The translations under genes were made by a program, and so were the position numbers. 64,000 nucleotides of DNA, taken from positions 4,760 through 68,759 of IMG/VR virus record IMGVR_UViG_3300032323_003610. The stretch is one strand, 5' to 3'. This document shows, in pieces, positions 1 to 9,665 of this stretch. This DNA is from a virus. Position 1 is the first letter of the stretch. Each line of letters opens with the position of its first letter. The notes beneath the pieces were generated by a model, which did no database searches, was not told the DNA's origin, and saw only the letters and a program-made list of their open reading frames with translations.

Positions 1-818
1 GTCACACGCTCGGGTCCTTTGGCTGGACCTTTTGGACGACCTTTTTTCTTAGGACCTGTGTCAACTTCTGTATCGTCCTTGGGCTCGTCCTGAACCTTGC
101 GAGTATAACGTGTTGAATAGCCTGTGTCTTTGACATCATAACGAGGATGTTTGTCTGTGGCGGACATGCTCTTGGCCACTTCTGGATCAAATGCTGTGCC
201 GGTACTGCGACTTTTTTTCTTGTCAGCAGCTGCCTTCTTCATGGTTTCTTTACGGTTGCCGTCCTTGTCTAAGTCAATGTAGTCTGGCTTTGCCGCTTCT
301 TTAACAGGATATGACTTGCCGTCTACTTTGAATTCTTTGGCACCTTGCGCACGAGCTTTGACCAGTTCGCCCGAAAATTCGTTGCCTTCTTCCATGTCAG
401 CTTCGTCCATCTTGTTGTAGCGATTGCGAATCTGACTCATTTTGTCTTTACTGGCTCCCTCACGTCCCGCTTTACGAAGTGCATCCATACCTTGCTTGCC
501 GTATTTTTTGTTGCCGATGTAGGCCTGAAGTGCGCTTTCGTCTACTTCGGTTTCTTCAACACTTTCCTTAGCACGTAATTTTTTTAATACTGCGCCGGCA
601 ACTTTCTCACCGCGCTCTTTACTACCGTATTCTTTGCCTGCACTTTTGGCAATCTTTGCAAACATTTTTCCAGGCTTGCCAATGTCTTGGCCTGCGGCAG
701 CTTTCTTGGCTGAGTAATCAGCCTTTTCCACAACGGCGGCACTTTCAGTCAACTGTGTTGCATCTTGTTTTTTAGCCAAGTCGGCTAAGCGTTTGTTGAG
801 ATCGTAAAAAAATGTCAT
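1..818 (-). CDS. Partial (runs off left edge) charged hypothetical virion/internal head protein
   Basis: Manual translation from ATG at 818: MTFFYDLNKRLADLAKKQDATQLTESAAV..., open to position 1. Lys/Glu-rich, several (L/V/M)xE motifs and a DLDKDG motif. AAGGA SD upstream. Missing from the ORF track because it has no stop in the window. Confidence 0.8.
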   Translation of the reverse strand, partial: MTFFYDLNKRLADLAKKQDATQLTESAAVVEKADYSAKKAAAGQDIGKPGKMFAKIAKSAGKEYGSKERGEKVAGAVLKKLRAKESVEETEVDESALQAYIGNKKYGKQGMDALRKAGREGASKDKMSQIRNRYNKMDEADMEEGNEFSGELVKARAQGAKEFKVDGKSYPVKEAAKPDYIDLDKDGNRKETMKKAAADKKKSRSTGTAFDPEVAKSMSATDKHPRYDVKDTGYSTRYTRKVQDEPKDDTEVDTGPKKKGRPKGPAKGPERV

Positions 819-822
819 TGTA

Positions 823-1431
823 TTATCCTTTGGGGTTTGCGCCAGTAGCTGGGCGTGGTGGGCGTTTTACTTTTGTCATTGGGCTGTCATTGCCCATGGG
901 TAAATCATTTGTGGTCTTGGCAGGCGGTGTCTTGCCTCCGGCCACAGTAAACTCACTGCGGTAAGCATTCTTTAATACAGCATGCTCATTGTATGGAGCC
1001 GAATAATCAGCACTCAAGGCTTTTTGTTCTGCGTCAGGAGCAGGATAGTCTGTGTCGGTCAGAAGATCTGTGTTTTGATCCGCAATCTTTTCTTTTTCTA
1101 GGGCCATGCTGTCTTCATGTGCAGTGGTCAACATGATGATTCGATTGGGATCCATAAACAGCAGCTGAGCAATCTGTTTGATCTGTGGCTCAATGGCTGG
1201 GTAGCGGAATTCCACATCCATGCTGGTCACTGAATCGTTGCTGTGTGCAGGAAAGTCTGCAGGTTTGGCCTGTACCGGTGTGGTTTTGGTCTTGCCAATC
1301 TTTACTGGGTCAAACTGTTGAAGTTTTTGTTCCAGTTGTTTGATCATGTCTGGAGCAACATCGCCTACAATTTTGATTCGGTACGTGTAGGTTCTTTGGC
1401 TTTCGGACAGGTATTCGTGAAATTTTTTCAT
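823..1431 (-). CDS. Hypothetical virion protein, probable internal head protein
   Basis: 202 aa. N-terminus MKKFHEYLSE resembles the T4 capsid-targeting sequence MKTYQEFIAE. Late-promoter-like TAAATA at ~1450-1455. Confidence 0.6.
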   Translation of the reverse strand: MKKFHEYLSESQRTYTYRIKIVGDVAPDMIKQLEQKLQQFDPVKIGKTKTTPVQAKPADFPAHSNDSVTSMDVEFRYPAIEPQIKQIAQLLFMDPNRIIMLTTAHEDSMALEKEKIADQNTDLLTDTDYPAPDAEQKALSADYSAPYNEHAVLKNAYRSEFTVAGGKTPPAKTTNDLPMGNDSPMTKVKRPPRPATGANPKG

Positions 1432-1452
1432 ATTTTTATCCCTATATGATAT

Positions 1453-1953
1453 TTATGCTTTGTTATCTTTTTGGTCTCGACTGTTGATCAAGCGTTCCAG
1501 TAGATCGTTACGATTCAACACCTGGCCGTGAGCTGTTTCCACAGTGGTTTCTGGCTCATTACGACGTTGGTCTTGATCCATTTTGAGTTTTTTCAATTGC
1601 AGATCCACCATCTTTAACTTCTTGTTCAACTTGGCTGTTTTGGCTGTGAGTGCATGACCCAGCATGGTACCGGCAACAGCAAAGATTTCACTTGAAAAAC
1701 GGCTGTCCACATTGAATCCCAAATCCATGAGATTATCAAATGTTTCTTGAGCTTTGGCCGCTAGATCGTCCAGTTCCTGATCGCCTGTTTCTAAATCTCG
1801 CACTGTGGGCAAGGCCGCATCTATTTTGTCTATGGTTGCATCAAGATTGGCCAATTGTGCTCGAGTTTCGTCCACTGTGATTGTAGCCGGACCAGGCAGG
1901 TCAGTCTGCTCTATTTTATCAAATTCAAACAGTTCTTCAAGGCGTTTAGTCAT
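1453..1953 (-). CDS. Putative terminase small subunit (gp16-like)
   Basis: 166-aa helical/coiled-coil protein (EIFAVAGTMLGHALTAK...KLKMVDLQLKK) next to gp4. Size and pattern fit TerS of T4-like aquatic phages. Inferred. Confidence 0.5.
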   Translation of the reverse strand: MTKRLEELFEFDKIEQTDLPGPATITVDETRAQLANLDATIDKIDAALPTVRDLETGDQELDDLAAKAQETFDNLMDLGFNVDSRFSSEIFAVAGTMLGHALTAKTAKLNKKLKMVDLQLKKLKMDQDQRRNEPETTVETAHGQVLNRNDLLERLINSRDQKDNKA

Positions 1954-1979
1954 ACCATATTTACCGCTGGTACAATAAG

Positions 1980-2417
1980 TTATTTTTTCTTGGCGCCCTG
2001 ATGATAGATCATGTCTTCATTAATAACTCTAAAGGTCAGGCCGTTTTTTCTTGCCCATTTGGTTGCCGAGTCCCATTTGGCATAGTTCACAGCCACTATG
2101 GCTCGATCTCGATCATTCATTCGGCTTTCGATCAGGCTTTGTTTTTTGGGTTTGATTTCTATCAGTTCAGCCACAGTTGTGTTGTTGCGGCCGCGGTAGG
2201 TCACCAGGAAATCTGGCACATACATGCTTTGTTTGCCAGTTATGGGATTGCGATAAGGTATGCTAATGCTTTCGCTGGCCCACTGCAACACGTTGTCGTT
2301 TGAATCCAAAAACATCATGAATGTCAATTCCCACCCTGAACGATAACGGGGAGTGCCGCGACCCACATATTTGGCAGAATTTTTTACCACATACGCACCC
2401 TGTCTAAAATTGGGCAT
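1980..2417 (-). CDS. Head completion nuclease, T4 gp4-like (TnsA-like PD-(D/E)xK)
   Basis: YRSGWE...WASE...IPY...YVPDF...LIEIKP motifs. Confidence 0.9.
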   Translation of the reverse strand: MPNFRQGAYVVKNSAKYVGRGTPRYRSGWELTFMMFLDSNDNVLQWASESISIPYRNPITGKQSMYVPDFLVTYRGRNNTTVAELIEIKPKKQSLIESRMNDRDRAIVAVNYAKWDSATKWARKNGLTFRVINEDMIYHQGAKKK

Positions 2418-2420
2418 GCC

Positions 2421-2780
2421 TCAAATCCTGATATTTCTAGCCACGTACTGGTTGGGCTGTGTGGGTGCATTTACACCCAGCAAGGTGCTGGAGCTGCGTA
2501 TGCCATTTAGATAGTAGGCCAAGGTCAGGGTAACCTCGGGTGCTGATTGTCCTTGGAACTGTTGCAACAGATCCATTACAGGAATGCCGGTCTGATGACT
2601 TACTCTAAATACTGATACTGTAAAATTTCCTGCTGCTTCAAGTGATCCAAACACTGATTTGAAATAACTCAGCACTGCATCGTAAGCGTCAACCGGAACC
2701 TGTTGTTCATAGCCATAAAATCTGTCAAATATCTGAACGGTTAAATCAGTCTTGGTGTTGATAGCATTTACCGAAGCCAC
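2421..2780 (-). CDS. Hypothetical protein
   Basis: 119-aa ORF tightly packed in the tail operon. Confidence 0.7.
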   Translation of the reverse strand: MASVNAINTKTDLTVQIFDRFYGYEQQVPVDAYDAVLSYFKSVFGSLEAAGNFTVSVFRVSHQTGIPVMDLLQQFQGQSAPEVTLTLAYYLNGIRSSSTLLGVNAPTQPNQYVARNIRI

Positions 2781-2782
2781 GA

Positions 2783-3991
2783 TTATCCTCCACTGACCAG
2801 ATTTCTAAGTTTAGTAGCTGCATCTATTCCATTTGGAGTGGGGAAGTTCATGCCGCCGCGGCCATTGGGCAACTGACCAATAGATCCTGGCACACCGATT
2901 CCGGCTGCAATGCCAAGTCCGGTTACCAGAGCAGGTCCCAGCGCACCAGATCCTGCCAGTGCTCCAGACAAGAAAGACGATGCTGCTGGCACTAATCCTT
3001 GTCCCACTGCACCCAACACATTTTGCAGAGTATTTTGTCCGGTGGACAAGGACTGTAGATCCTGTTTGCTGCCAATGGGACTGGCTTTTATAGTGCCTTG
3101 GATTTCTACTGTATTGGTACTGCCGGGCACGGCAATAGGACTAGGTACAGTGTCATAAAATCCAGGATCAGCAAATCCTGTTACCGGATCACTGGGTTGT
3201 GCACCGCCAACTGCTCCAGAATAATACTTGACATTTTCATAACGTATGCTCATGGTATGTGTCATGATACCACTGCCTTGACTGTAGTCGTAAGTGTCGT
3301 GTGCCCATTCTGTGATTAGTGGATTGATCATGGTGTATTGTGCGTAGGTCTTTTGGCTCATGCCGTACACAGTAATATCATTAAAAAATGGCAATTGACC
3401 ACTGGCCGGGCCTGTCAGTATGGAACTGGCTAAACTTTGCAGTGAGGGGTTAGCATAGCCTTGGCCGTTGAGTCCCCATTTTTGCACAGGTCTACTGGCA
3501 CTGTAAATGTCATTGCTGCCGTAACTGAATCCACTTAGAGCCGAGCTTATGTCGCCCAGAGTGCCTGACTGATTAGGAGTGTTTCCGTACTTGTAGACCG
3601 GATCACTGTAGTAGTATTGATAGTACTGGTACCACATGTTACGAACCAGATCGCTGTGATCGTCATTGAACACTATCTGTGCTGGATTGTAATTGATTTT
3701 TGTTTGTACCAGACGTTTACGATTGTACTGGTTCATGGTGGCCACATCAATGGTATAGCCAGGTAATTGTACAGATTTAACTGCAAGACCAATGGTGCTA
3801 GACTTGCCGCCTGAGACCAAGTTGGCCACAGCAGGTATATTTGTGTTTAAATTGAAATAAACATAAAATAAAAATTTGGTACGGGGCGCAAGATCGTAGC
3901 CGCCAGCCCGAAAGGTCTTGCTGGCGTGGGTATAATCTCTTAACCCTTCGCCGGGCGGAAAAGGTTGTAGGGACTCTTGGCCAAAAGCCAT
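2783..3991 (-). CDS. Tail-tube-like protein (gp19/gp54 family paralogue)
   Basis: VKSVQLPGYTID...NQYNRKRLVQTKINYNPAQIVFNDD...PLITEWAHDTYDYS...MSIRYE tube-fold pattern, directly after the tube gene. Confidence 0.7.
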   Translation of the reverse strand: MAFGQESLQPFPPGEGLRDYTHASKTFRAGGYDLAPRTKFLFYVYFNLNTNIPAVANLVSGGKSSTIGLAVKSVQLPGYTIDVATMNQYNRKRLVQTKINYNPAQIVFNDDHSDLVRNMWYQYYQYYYSDPVYKYGNTPNQSGTLGDISSALSGFSYGSNDIYSASRPVQKWGLNGQGYANPSLQSLASSILTGPASGQLPFFNDITVYGMSQKTYAQYTMINPLITEWAHDTYDYSQGSGIMTHTMSIRYENVKYYSGAVGGAQPSDPVTGFADPGFYDTVPSPIAVPGSTNTVEIQGTIKASPIGSKQDLQSLSTGQNTLQNVLGAVGQGLVPAASSFLSGALAGSGALGPALVTGLGIAAGIGVPGSIGQLPNGRGGMNFPTPNGIDAATKLRNLVSGG

Positions 3992-3997
3992 GGATTA

Positions 3998-4621
3998 TTA
4001 ACCTGTGGCTACGTTGTTGACTGTCAACGGAATTGACGCTCCAACACCCACATCTGCACCAGTTGTTGTTTGTAATGCATTGTCGTATCTAATGGTCATG
4101 GACACTGACATTACACTGTTGTCGCCGTAGTCAGCTGAATTATAGTTGACTCCCTGCAGATAGCAACCTTGTATGGTCCAGGTTTCAAGAGCAATAGGAA
4201 CATTAACGCCGTTGCCGCCGTCCAACACTTCAAATACCGTGACAAATTTATAATCAATACCACTTGCAGCACTGCTTTGCTCCAAGAAGTCCAGTTGTTT
4301 CTGCAGTTGTTCGCCAACCAAACGACTCACATTGCCTGCGGCGTCGTCGCGCAGTTCGCAGGTGATGTCGGTCCACTCGTGTTTGCCAGCCAGACGTATA
4401 GTGCTGTTGTAGATAGGCAGGTCAATGTTGGCAAAAGTCACATTAGGACGAGAGAAATTCATGACCTGTTTGGTCAATTCTGTTGTGGGTTGTGATACGC
4501 CCAGACCTAAAAAAGTAACGCGAAAGCGATACTTGAGTTTTGGCATCAGCAGACCCTGAGCCGAGTTGCTTTGATCGCTGGCCAACGGTACGGTCAGTTT
4601 GGTTAGTGATGCTGTTGCCAT
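3998..4621 (-). CDS. Tail tube protein (gp19-like)
   Basis: 207 aa, KYRFRV...RP...LAGKHEW...LRDD...ETW.IQGCY...MTIRYDNA, directly downstream of the sheath gene. Confidence 0.88.
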   Translation of the reverse strand: MATASLTKLTVPLASDQSNSAQGLLMPKLKYRFRVTFLGLGVSQPTTELTKQVMNFSRPNVTFANIDLPIYNSTIRLAGKHEWTDITCELRDDAAGNVSRLVGEQLQKQLDFLEQSSAASGIDYKFVTVFEVLDGGNGVNVPIALETWTIQGCYLQGVNYNSADYGDNSVMSVSMTIRYDNALQTTTGADVGVGASIPLTVNNVATG

Positions 4622-4696
4622 TTGTTTATTCTCCTAATATGCTTTTATTTATGGTGTTTGAGTCGGGCAAAATTCTAGTGATTTGCCCGACATCAA

Positions 4697-7600
4697 TTAC
4701 GCAGACTGCTGAGCTGCAATAGTTCCTGTGTTTTGAATACGCATTGGTATGTAGATAAATTCTACAGCCTTGACTGGTTCAATTGCAATATCCACATACA
4801 ACTCGTTGGCATCAATTGTTGCAGGAGTATTGTTTGTTAGATCGCAAACCACCAGATAATCATACAGACCGCGCTTGTTGACCAGGTCAACCATGAGACT
4901 TGTTATCTGATTAGTAATCGCGGCTCTGGTAATGGTGTCGTTGGGTTCAAACAGGTATTGATTACCAATAATCTCCAGACGTCCACGGATGAATGCTACC
5001 AAACGTGCCACGTTGATACGGTCTAACGCTGTAGCTGTGCCTTGTAGAGTATGGTTACCAAAATTGGTAATACCCGTGCCAGGTATGAATGTAATTGGAT
5101 TTACATTGTTGCTGTACAACACATCACGTAGACCTTGATTTACTCCCAAGGGTGCAAACTCTCCGGTAGCAGCATCAAGATAACCAATCTGCAAGGCATT
5201 GTCCACTACTCCGCGGCGCAGTCCAGCAGGTGCAAACCAAGGATATGCCACGCTGTCACTACGAATAATTGTACGCAACATCATGTGACTTGGTGCGGTC
5301 ACAACCACGTTGCCGGTCAGATCAGTTGTGGTACAGCTTGGGTAAAATGCAGCAGCATATGAATCACCGCCAGATAAATTTCCGTCACCGGTGGCCAGTC
5401 CAAGACCATTGTTGTTGGTTGACCATGTGACCACTTCGTCTGGAGTCAATCGTAACGGTGTGTCCACAATACTAAATGCCGTTTCACCGCGATCGTTATT
5501 GAGCACCACCATGTTGGGTGCCAATTCTGGATACTGTGTACACACTATCAAATTAAATTGCGCCTGCTGTTCACGTAACTGTGTGTTGGTATCAATGGCA
5601 ACTCGTAATGCTTGTACAATCAAGCTGCGTTGGGCCTGACGGCCCATATTGGGACTGCCGTCTGCACGGTTAGGGCTGGCTGTGACCCAGGCATTGGTCT
5701 GGCTGGGCAATACCAATGGTGCTGGATAGTCCTGACTATTAAAATAGTTGACCTGGAATGATTTAACATTAAATCCACTACGGCGTGTGTTGAACAACAA
5801 GATACCTTCAGGATACAGATCAGGATTGGGTGCATCAAGATCCAGATAGTTGCTGGTGATCAATGGTGTTGAACCTGAGGCAATCGGTGGAATTGGATCT
5901 GTGATGGGATTCGTTGTGCCGTTAGGAGCCCAACGTGCATCGGCAAAAAGTACTCCATTGATCGTGGTCTGATCGGAGTTGTTTATGATAACCCACTGAT
6001 CTTCGCCATTGACCGGTTGCCAACGACTGATTACCGGATAGTTTTCCAGGTCGGCGGTATTGATCCACAAGTCGCCGTAGGCCAGTGGACTTTCTGCTGA
6101 ATCGGTCTGCGTGACCGGTGCTGTGGCACTGAATATTGGTCCAGAAGCATTGGTCAAACTCAGATCAAATCCACGAACATCATTGTCGACGTTTTGATAC
6201 CCAACCCAGTTACCGTTGTTTTGTATCATGATGTCGGCAGTAGTTGCATCGCTGTAGTACCACAGAGTGCCGTCAGCCGGATCAATGTTTGGTGCACTGG
6301 CAGATGCTGTATAAACAAAAGTTGGGCTACCAACCCAGTTGCTGAGCGTGAGGCCTGTGCCGTCAACATCAGTCTGAGTAATTCCGGTTACTGCTGTAGT
6401 AAACCCAGCATCCACAATTGGAGTATTGGTGCCGTCTACTAGATAAATGTCACCACCGGTGGCATGTGTGAAGAAAATTGCGCCGGCAGCATTTACACTA
6501 GCACTGACATTGTCAACTCCGGCAGCACTGACAGCTGCTACAAAGTCAGCTGCTGTAGTACCGTTAATAGTCACAGTTACTGGAGCCGCTACCACAGTTG
6601 ACTCAGGCTGTGTGGCAGCCAATGTAAATGTGGATGCATTGACAAAGGTAGGATTTTCAACAGCACCAGTAATTACCGTGGCGCCAGGAGACAATCTTTC
6701 AAGAATCAACGCACCAGATGTGGCGTTGTTATAGGGATCGATCTGAGCGTATGTGGTACCAGCTGGAATTGATTGACCGCCCGAAGTTGGATCCAGTGCA
6801 TAGAGTGCGGCAGCATTGTTGGCATAAACTGGACAACTTTGCAATACAAACACACCCAGGGTAGTGTCATAACGTTTGACCTGAATCTGCATGCCTTGAT
6901 TTACACTGTTGGTCTGTTGAAAAACACTGCCGGTGGGTTCTGGTTGTACATCTGTGGACCGCCATCTTGGTGCACTGAAGTTTGGACCAGCAAAATAAGC
7001 AGGAGCTGCATATTCGCCTGCATCAATATCCAACGTGGCCAACGGAGTGCCGCTGACGTTGTTGATGGCAATAACGCCTGTGCCTTCAGTGCTGCCGTCA
7101 TTGGTTGCTGTGCTGTCTGCGTACAGTGTTAATTTTCCACCAATGTTGGCAGCATAAACTCCACTGGCATTTAAGGCAGCATTGATGTCTGTGACCAAAC
7201 GAGTCACGGTATTGTTGGGACTGGCTTGAACTGTGATTGTAACATCATTGATGGCAAAACTGTTGCCCACTGTCAAACTAGTAGGAGCAAGACCTCCCTG
7301 GATTGTGGGCCAAGCAGTTTTCCATTCGTCGCTACCAATCAACACCCAGGTGTTGTATAAATCTTGGGCACTGGCACCGTCTTGTATCCATCCAGGTGCT
7401 TGATTAACACCGTTAACTGTGGTGGGACCTCCACGCTTGTAGTAGGTTGGGTTGTACACGTTGGTAGCTGTGACTGCATAGTCACCAATACTGCCAAAAC
7501 TGGGCAAGGGTACTGTGCTGCCTGTTTCTAAAAACACTGTGTCAACAATTACACTGGGTGTTTTTCTTGTGAATGCAGAAGTGGATTGATTCCACTCGGT

Positions 7601-8038
7601 TAGACCCCAGGTAGTGTTGGTAGTGTCTAGCCAGAAAGTGCCGTTGTTTGGTGCGCCGACTGGGCGAGACAGGCTGGCTGTAAGAGCAGCCAGATCAATG
7701 TTGGCACGTTGCACATATGCTATGTTGGTAACGCCCAGGGCAGAATAAGCAGCTAACAAGCCGTATTCGTTCAGTTCATATCCGTTGATTGGAGTACCAG
7801 CTGTGGTGTTGTAGAAAAACGGCACACCAAACGTGCTTAACAAATCTCGCTGACTGGTCATTAGATACAGTTTGTTAGCATTGGCAGCCAAGGTTCCTGG
7901 AGCAATACCAGTGCCTGCGCCAGAGATCTTGTTTTCTGCAGTGACCAACAGAATATATGGTGTTGAACTGGCAGCACCGGGTGTGTAATTACTTTGATCA
8001 ATTACACTGACTTGTACACCTGGGGATAGTAAGGCCAT
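4697..8038 (-). CDS. Contractile tail sheath protein (gp18-like) with large internal insertion
   Basis: N-terminal LSPGVQVSVID. C-terminal YPWFAPAGLRRG...NVNPI...LDRINVARL...FEPND.ITR...ELYVDIAIEPVKAVEFIYI. Confidence 0.95.
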   Translation of the reverse strand: MALLSPGVQVSVIDQSNYTPGAASSTPYILLVTAENKISGAGTGIAPGTLAANANKLYLMTSQRDLLSTFGVPFFYNTTAGTPINGYELNEYGLLAAYSALGVTNIAYVQRANIDLAALTASLSRPVGAPNNGTFWLDTTNTTWGLTEWNQSTSAFTRKTPSVIVDTVFLETGSTVPLPSFGSIGDYAVTATNVYNPTYYKRGGPTTVNGVNQAPGWIQDGASAQDLYNTWVLIGSDEWKTAWPTIQGGLAPTSLTVGNSFAINDVTITVQASPNNTVTRLVTDINAALNASGVYAANIGGKLTLYADSTATNDGSTEGTGVIAINNVSGTPLATLDIDAGEYAAPAYFAGPNFSAPRWRSTDVQPEPTGSVFQQTNSVNQGMQIQVKRYDTTLGVFVLQSCPVYANNAAALYALDPTSGGQSIPAGTTYAQIDPYNNATSGALILERLSPGATVITGAVENPTFVNASTFTLAATQPESTVVAAPVTVTINGTTAADFVAAVSAAGVDNVSASVNAAGAIFFTHATGGDIYLVDGTNTPIVDAGFTTAVTGITQTDVDGTGLTLSNWVGSPTFVYTASASAPNIDPADGTLWYYSDATTADIMIQNNGNWVGYQNVDNDVRGFDLSLTNASGPIFSATAPVTQTDSAESPLAYGDLWINTADLENYPVISRWQPVNGEDQWVIINNSDQTTINGVLFADARWAPNGTTNPITDPIPPIASGSTPLITSNYLDLDAPNPDLYPEGILLFNTRRSGFNVKSFQVNYFNSQDYPAPLVLPSQTNAWVTASPNRADGSPNMGRQAQRSLIVQALRVAIDTNTQLREQQAQFNLIVCTQYPELAPNMVVLNNDRGETAFSIVDTPLRLTPDEVVTWSTNNNGLGLATGDGNLSGGDSYAAAFYPSCTTTDLTGNVVVTAPSHMMLRTIIRSDSVAYPWFAPAGLRRGVVDNALQIGYLDAATGEFAPLGVNQGLRDVLYSNNVNPITFIPGTGITNFGNHTLQGTATALDRINVARLVAFIRGRLEIIGNQYLFEPNDTITRAAITNQITSLMVDLVNKRGLYDYLVVCDLTNNTPATIDANELYVDIAIEPVKAVEFIYIPMRIQNTGTIAAQQSA

Positions 8039-8138
8039 CGCTAATTCCTTTTTATTAATTAAAGATATTTATCGGTTATTGAAAAAAGAACGAGGTTACA
8101 GCAACCTATATATAGGTTCGTAATCAATAAATACTGGT

Positions 8139-8486
8139 ATGATTAGGCCAATGTGTCCAGAATGCCAACAACGCAACAGAGCAGTTGCGTATCACAAGTA
8201 TGAACGTGTGTATTATCGTAGCCGATGTATACAATGCTTAAACAAAGCAAAGAAAATGCGTAGTCCAAAACCTCGTTGGCAGTTGTCTGGTTATAAGAAA
8301 AAAACCACATGCGACCGCTGTGGTTTTAGAGCAAAGTACAGTGCTCAATTACTGGTGTATCATGCGGACGGTAGTCTCAACAACAACAGTTTGAGAAATT
8401 TAAAAACTGTTTGTCAGAATTGTGTAGTGGAAATTGCTAAGACTGATCAGACTTGGCGGCCCGGAGATTTAGAACCAGATTATTGA
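8139..8486 (+). CDS. Zn-finger/HNH-like protein
   Basis: Four CxxC pairs and a VYHADGSLNNN..NLKTVCQNC HNH-like core. Confidence 0.7.
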   Translation: MIRPMCPECQQRNRAVAYHKYERVYYRSRCIQCLNKAKKMRSPKPRWQLSGYKKKTTCDRCGFRAKYSAQLLVYHADGSLNNNSLRNLKTVCQNCVVEIAKTDQTWRPGDLEPDY

Positions 8487-9099
8487 TCTGACGATACAGT
8501 TGATCCATGCCGTCGGCATTGTTATCAATTACTGCGTCAAAATCGGTGCCAATCCAAGCAGTTTCACTGGCATGAACTTTGTATTTGGCCAATTGATCTT
8601 TGCTCAATGACCAGGTGATGTTTGCGGGCCCTGCGTTTACAGATTCAGCCAGTGGGTACCATTCGGGCTCTGGGCCTCGAACTACTCTAATAACCAGTCC
8701 GCCGGCTCTTTTAATAGCATCAATTTCGTTGGGGAATCTACAGTCGCTGATCACTGTGTCGTCTTTACTTTTGCGTATTTTGTTCTCTAAACTGGCAATC
8801 CAGGTATTGTCGTGGAACCCTTTACGCACAACTTCTGTGCCCCAGTATTGCAACACCCAACGTGGCGTCAGATTGGGCATGTTCAAGCGTTCTGCCCACC
8901 ATGGATCCACTTGCTCACGCCATTCTCTACTCTGGCGAGTTCGCCCTTCCAACAGTTCACGATCCCATCCAAACACTGCGGCAACAGAATCCTTGAGAGT
9001 GCTGGCAAAACTTTCTCGTCGGAACTGATGTATATTCTGTAGATAATCTGCAATAGTGTCTTTGCCAGAACCAATTAGTCCGCATACTCCAATAATCAT
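8437..9099 (-). CDS. Deoxynucleoside monophosphate kinase (T4 gp1-like)
   Basis: MIIGVCGLIGSGKDT P-loop, SFA..LKD, TPRWVLQYWGTE, ISDCRFPNE, HASE. Start set at the ATGA overlap with the upstream stop (9096-9099). Confidence 0.92.
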   Translation of the reverse strand: MIIGVCGLIGSGKDTIADYLQNIHQFRRESFASTLKDSVAAVFGWDRELLEGRTRQSREWREQVDPWWAERLNMPNLTPRWVLQYWGTEVVRKGFHDNTWIASLENKIRKSKDDTVISDCRFPNEIDAIKRAGGLVIRVVRGPEPEWYPLAESVNAGPANITWSLSKDQLAKYKVHASETAWIGTDFDAVIDNNADGMDQLYRQINNLVLNLRAAKSDQS

Positions 9100-9620
9100 C
9101 GCATTTCCTTTACGTTCAAGTGTCGGAGTGTGGCCTGCAACATGTCGATCTGTCTGCGACAATCTTCTAGTGCATGATGGCTAGTGGGTGGTTTGGGTAG
9201 GCCTGGCCATAGGCTGTAAACGGTTCTTGCATCACGTACATTGTAAAACTGCCAAGGCAAGCTCTTGTTATAACTCTTGTAGGCATGCTCCAAGATGTTC
9301 ATGTCGTATGTGGGTCCATTGGCGAAAATAAACTTGTGTTGCCAGGCCAGCTTGTATAAACCATCCAGGGCCTGGTCGAGATCTATACGACCTTCTTCCA
9401 TGAATGCTTCGGCCTGTGCTTCAGGTTGGGTGGCCCACCAATCTATGGTGTCCTGTTGTATGGTACGATTGGCTTGACTTTCCAAAGTGACGCGGGCATA
9501 ATAACAACGATCATAATAACCAGTGCCAAACGGATCAAAGCTCTGGGCTGCAATGGTCAAGATAGTAGCATCAGGGCCAGTGCCCAGACCTTCTATGTCG
9601 ATCATTAGTGATGTGCTCAT
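9096..9620 (-). CDS. DEDD 3'-5' exoribonuclease (Rv2179c-like)
   Basis: LMIDIEGLG...TIDWW...ANGPTYD..ILE...RDART...HHALEDC. Confidence 0.85.
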   Translation of the reverse strand: MSTSLMIDIEGLGTGPDATILTIAAQSFDPFGTGYYDRCYYARVTLESQANRTIQQDTIDWWATQPEAQAEAFMEEGRIDLDQALDGLYKLAWQHKFIFANGPTYDMNILEHAYKSYNKSLPWQFYNVRDARTVYSLWPGLPKPPTSHHALEDCRRQIDMLQATLRHLNVKEMR

Positions 9621-9659
9621 GCTATTATTATAATAGCATGATTTTTGGAAAAAGTCTAG
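9617..9659 (-). promoter_or_regulatory. Sigma70-like promoter overlapped by a 12-bp inverted repeat
   Basis: Minus strand TAGACT-17nt-TATTAT/TATAAT. Perfect IR TCATGCTATTAT-T-ATAATAGCATGA at 9617-9641. Confidence 0.6.
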
Positions 9660-9665
9660 TTGCTG

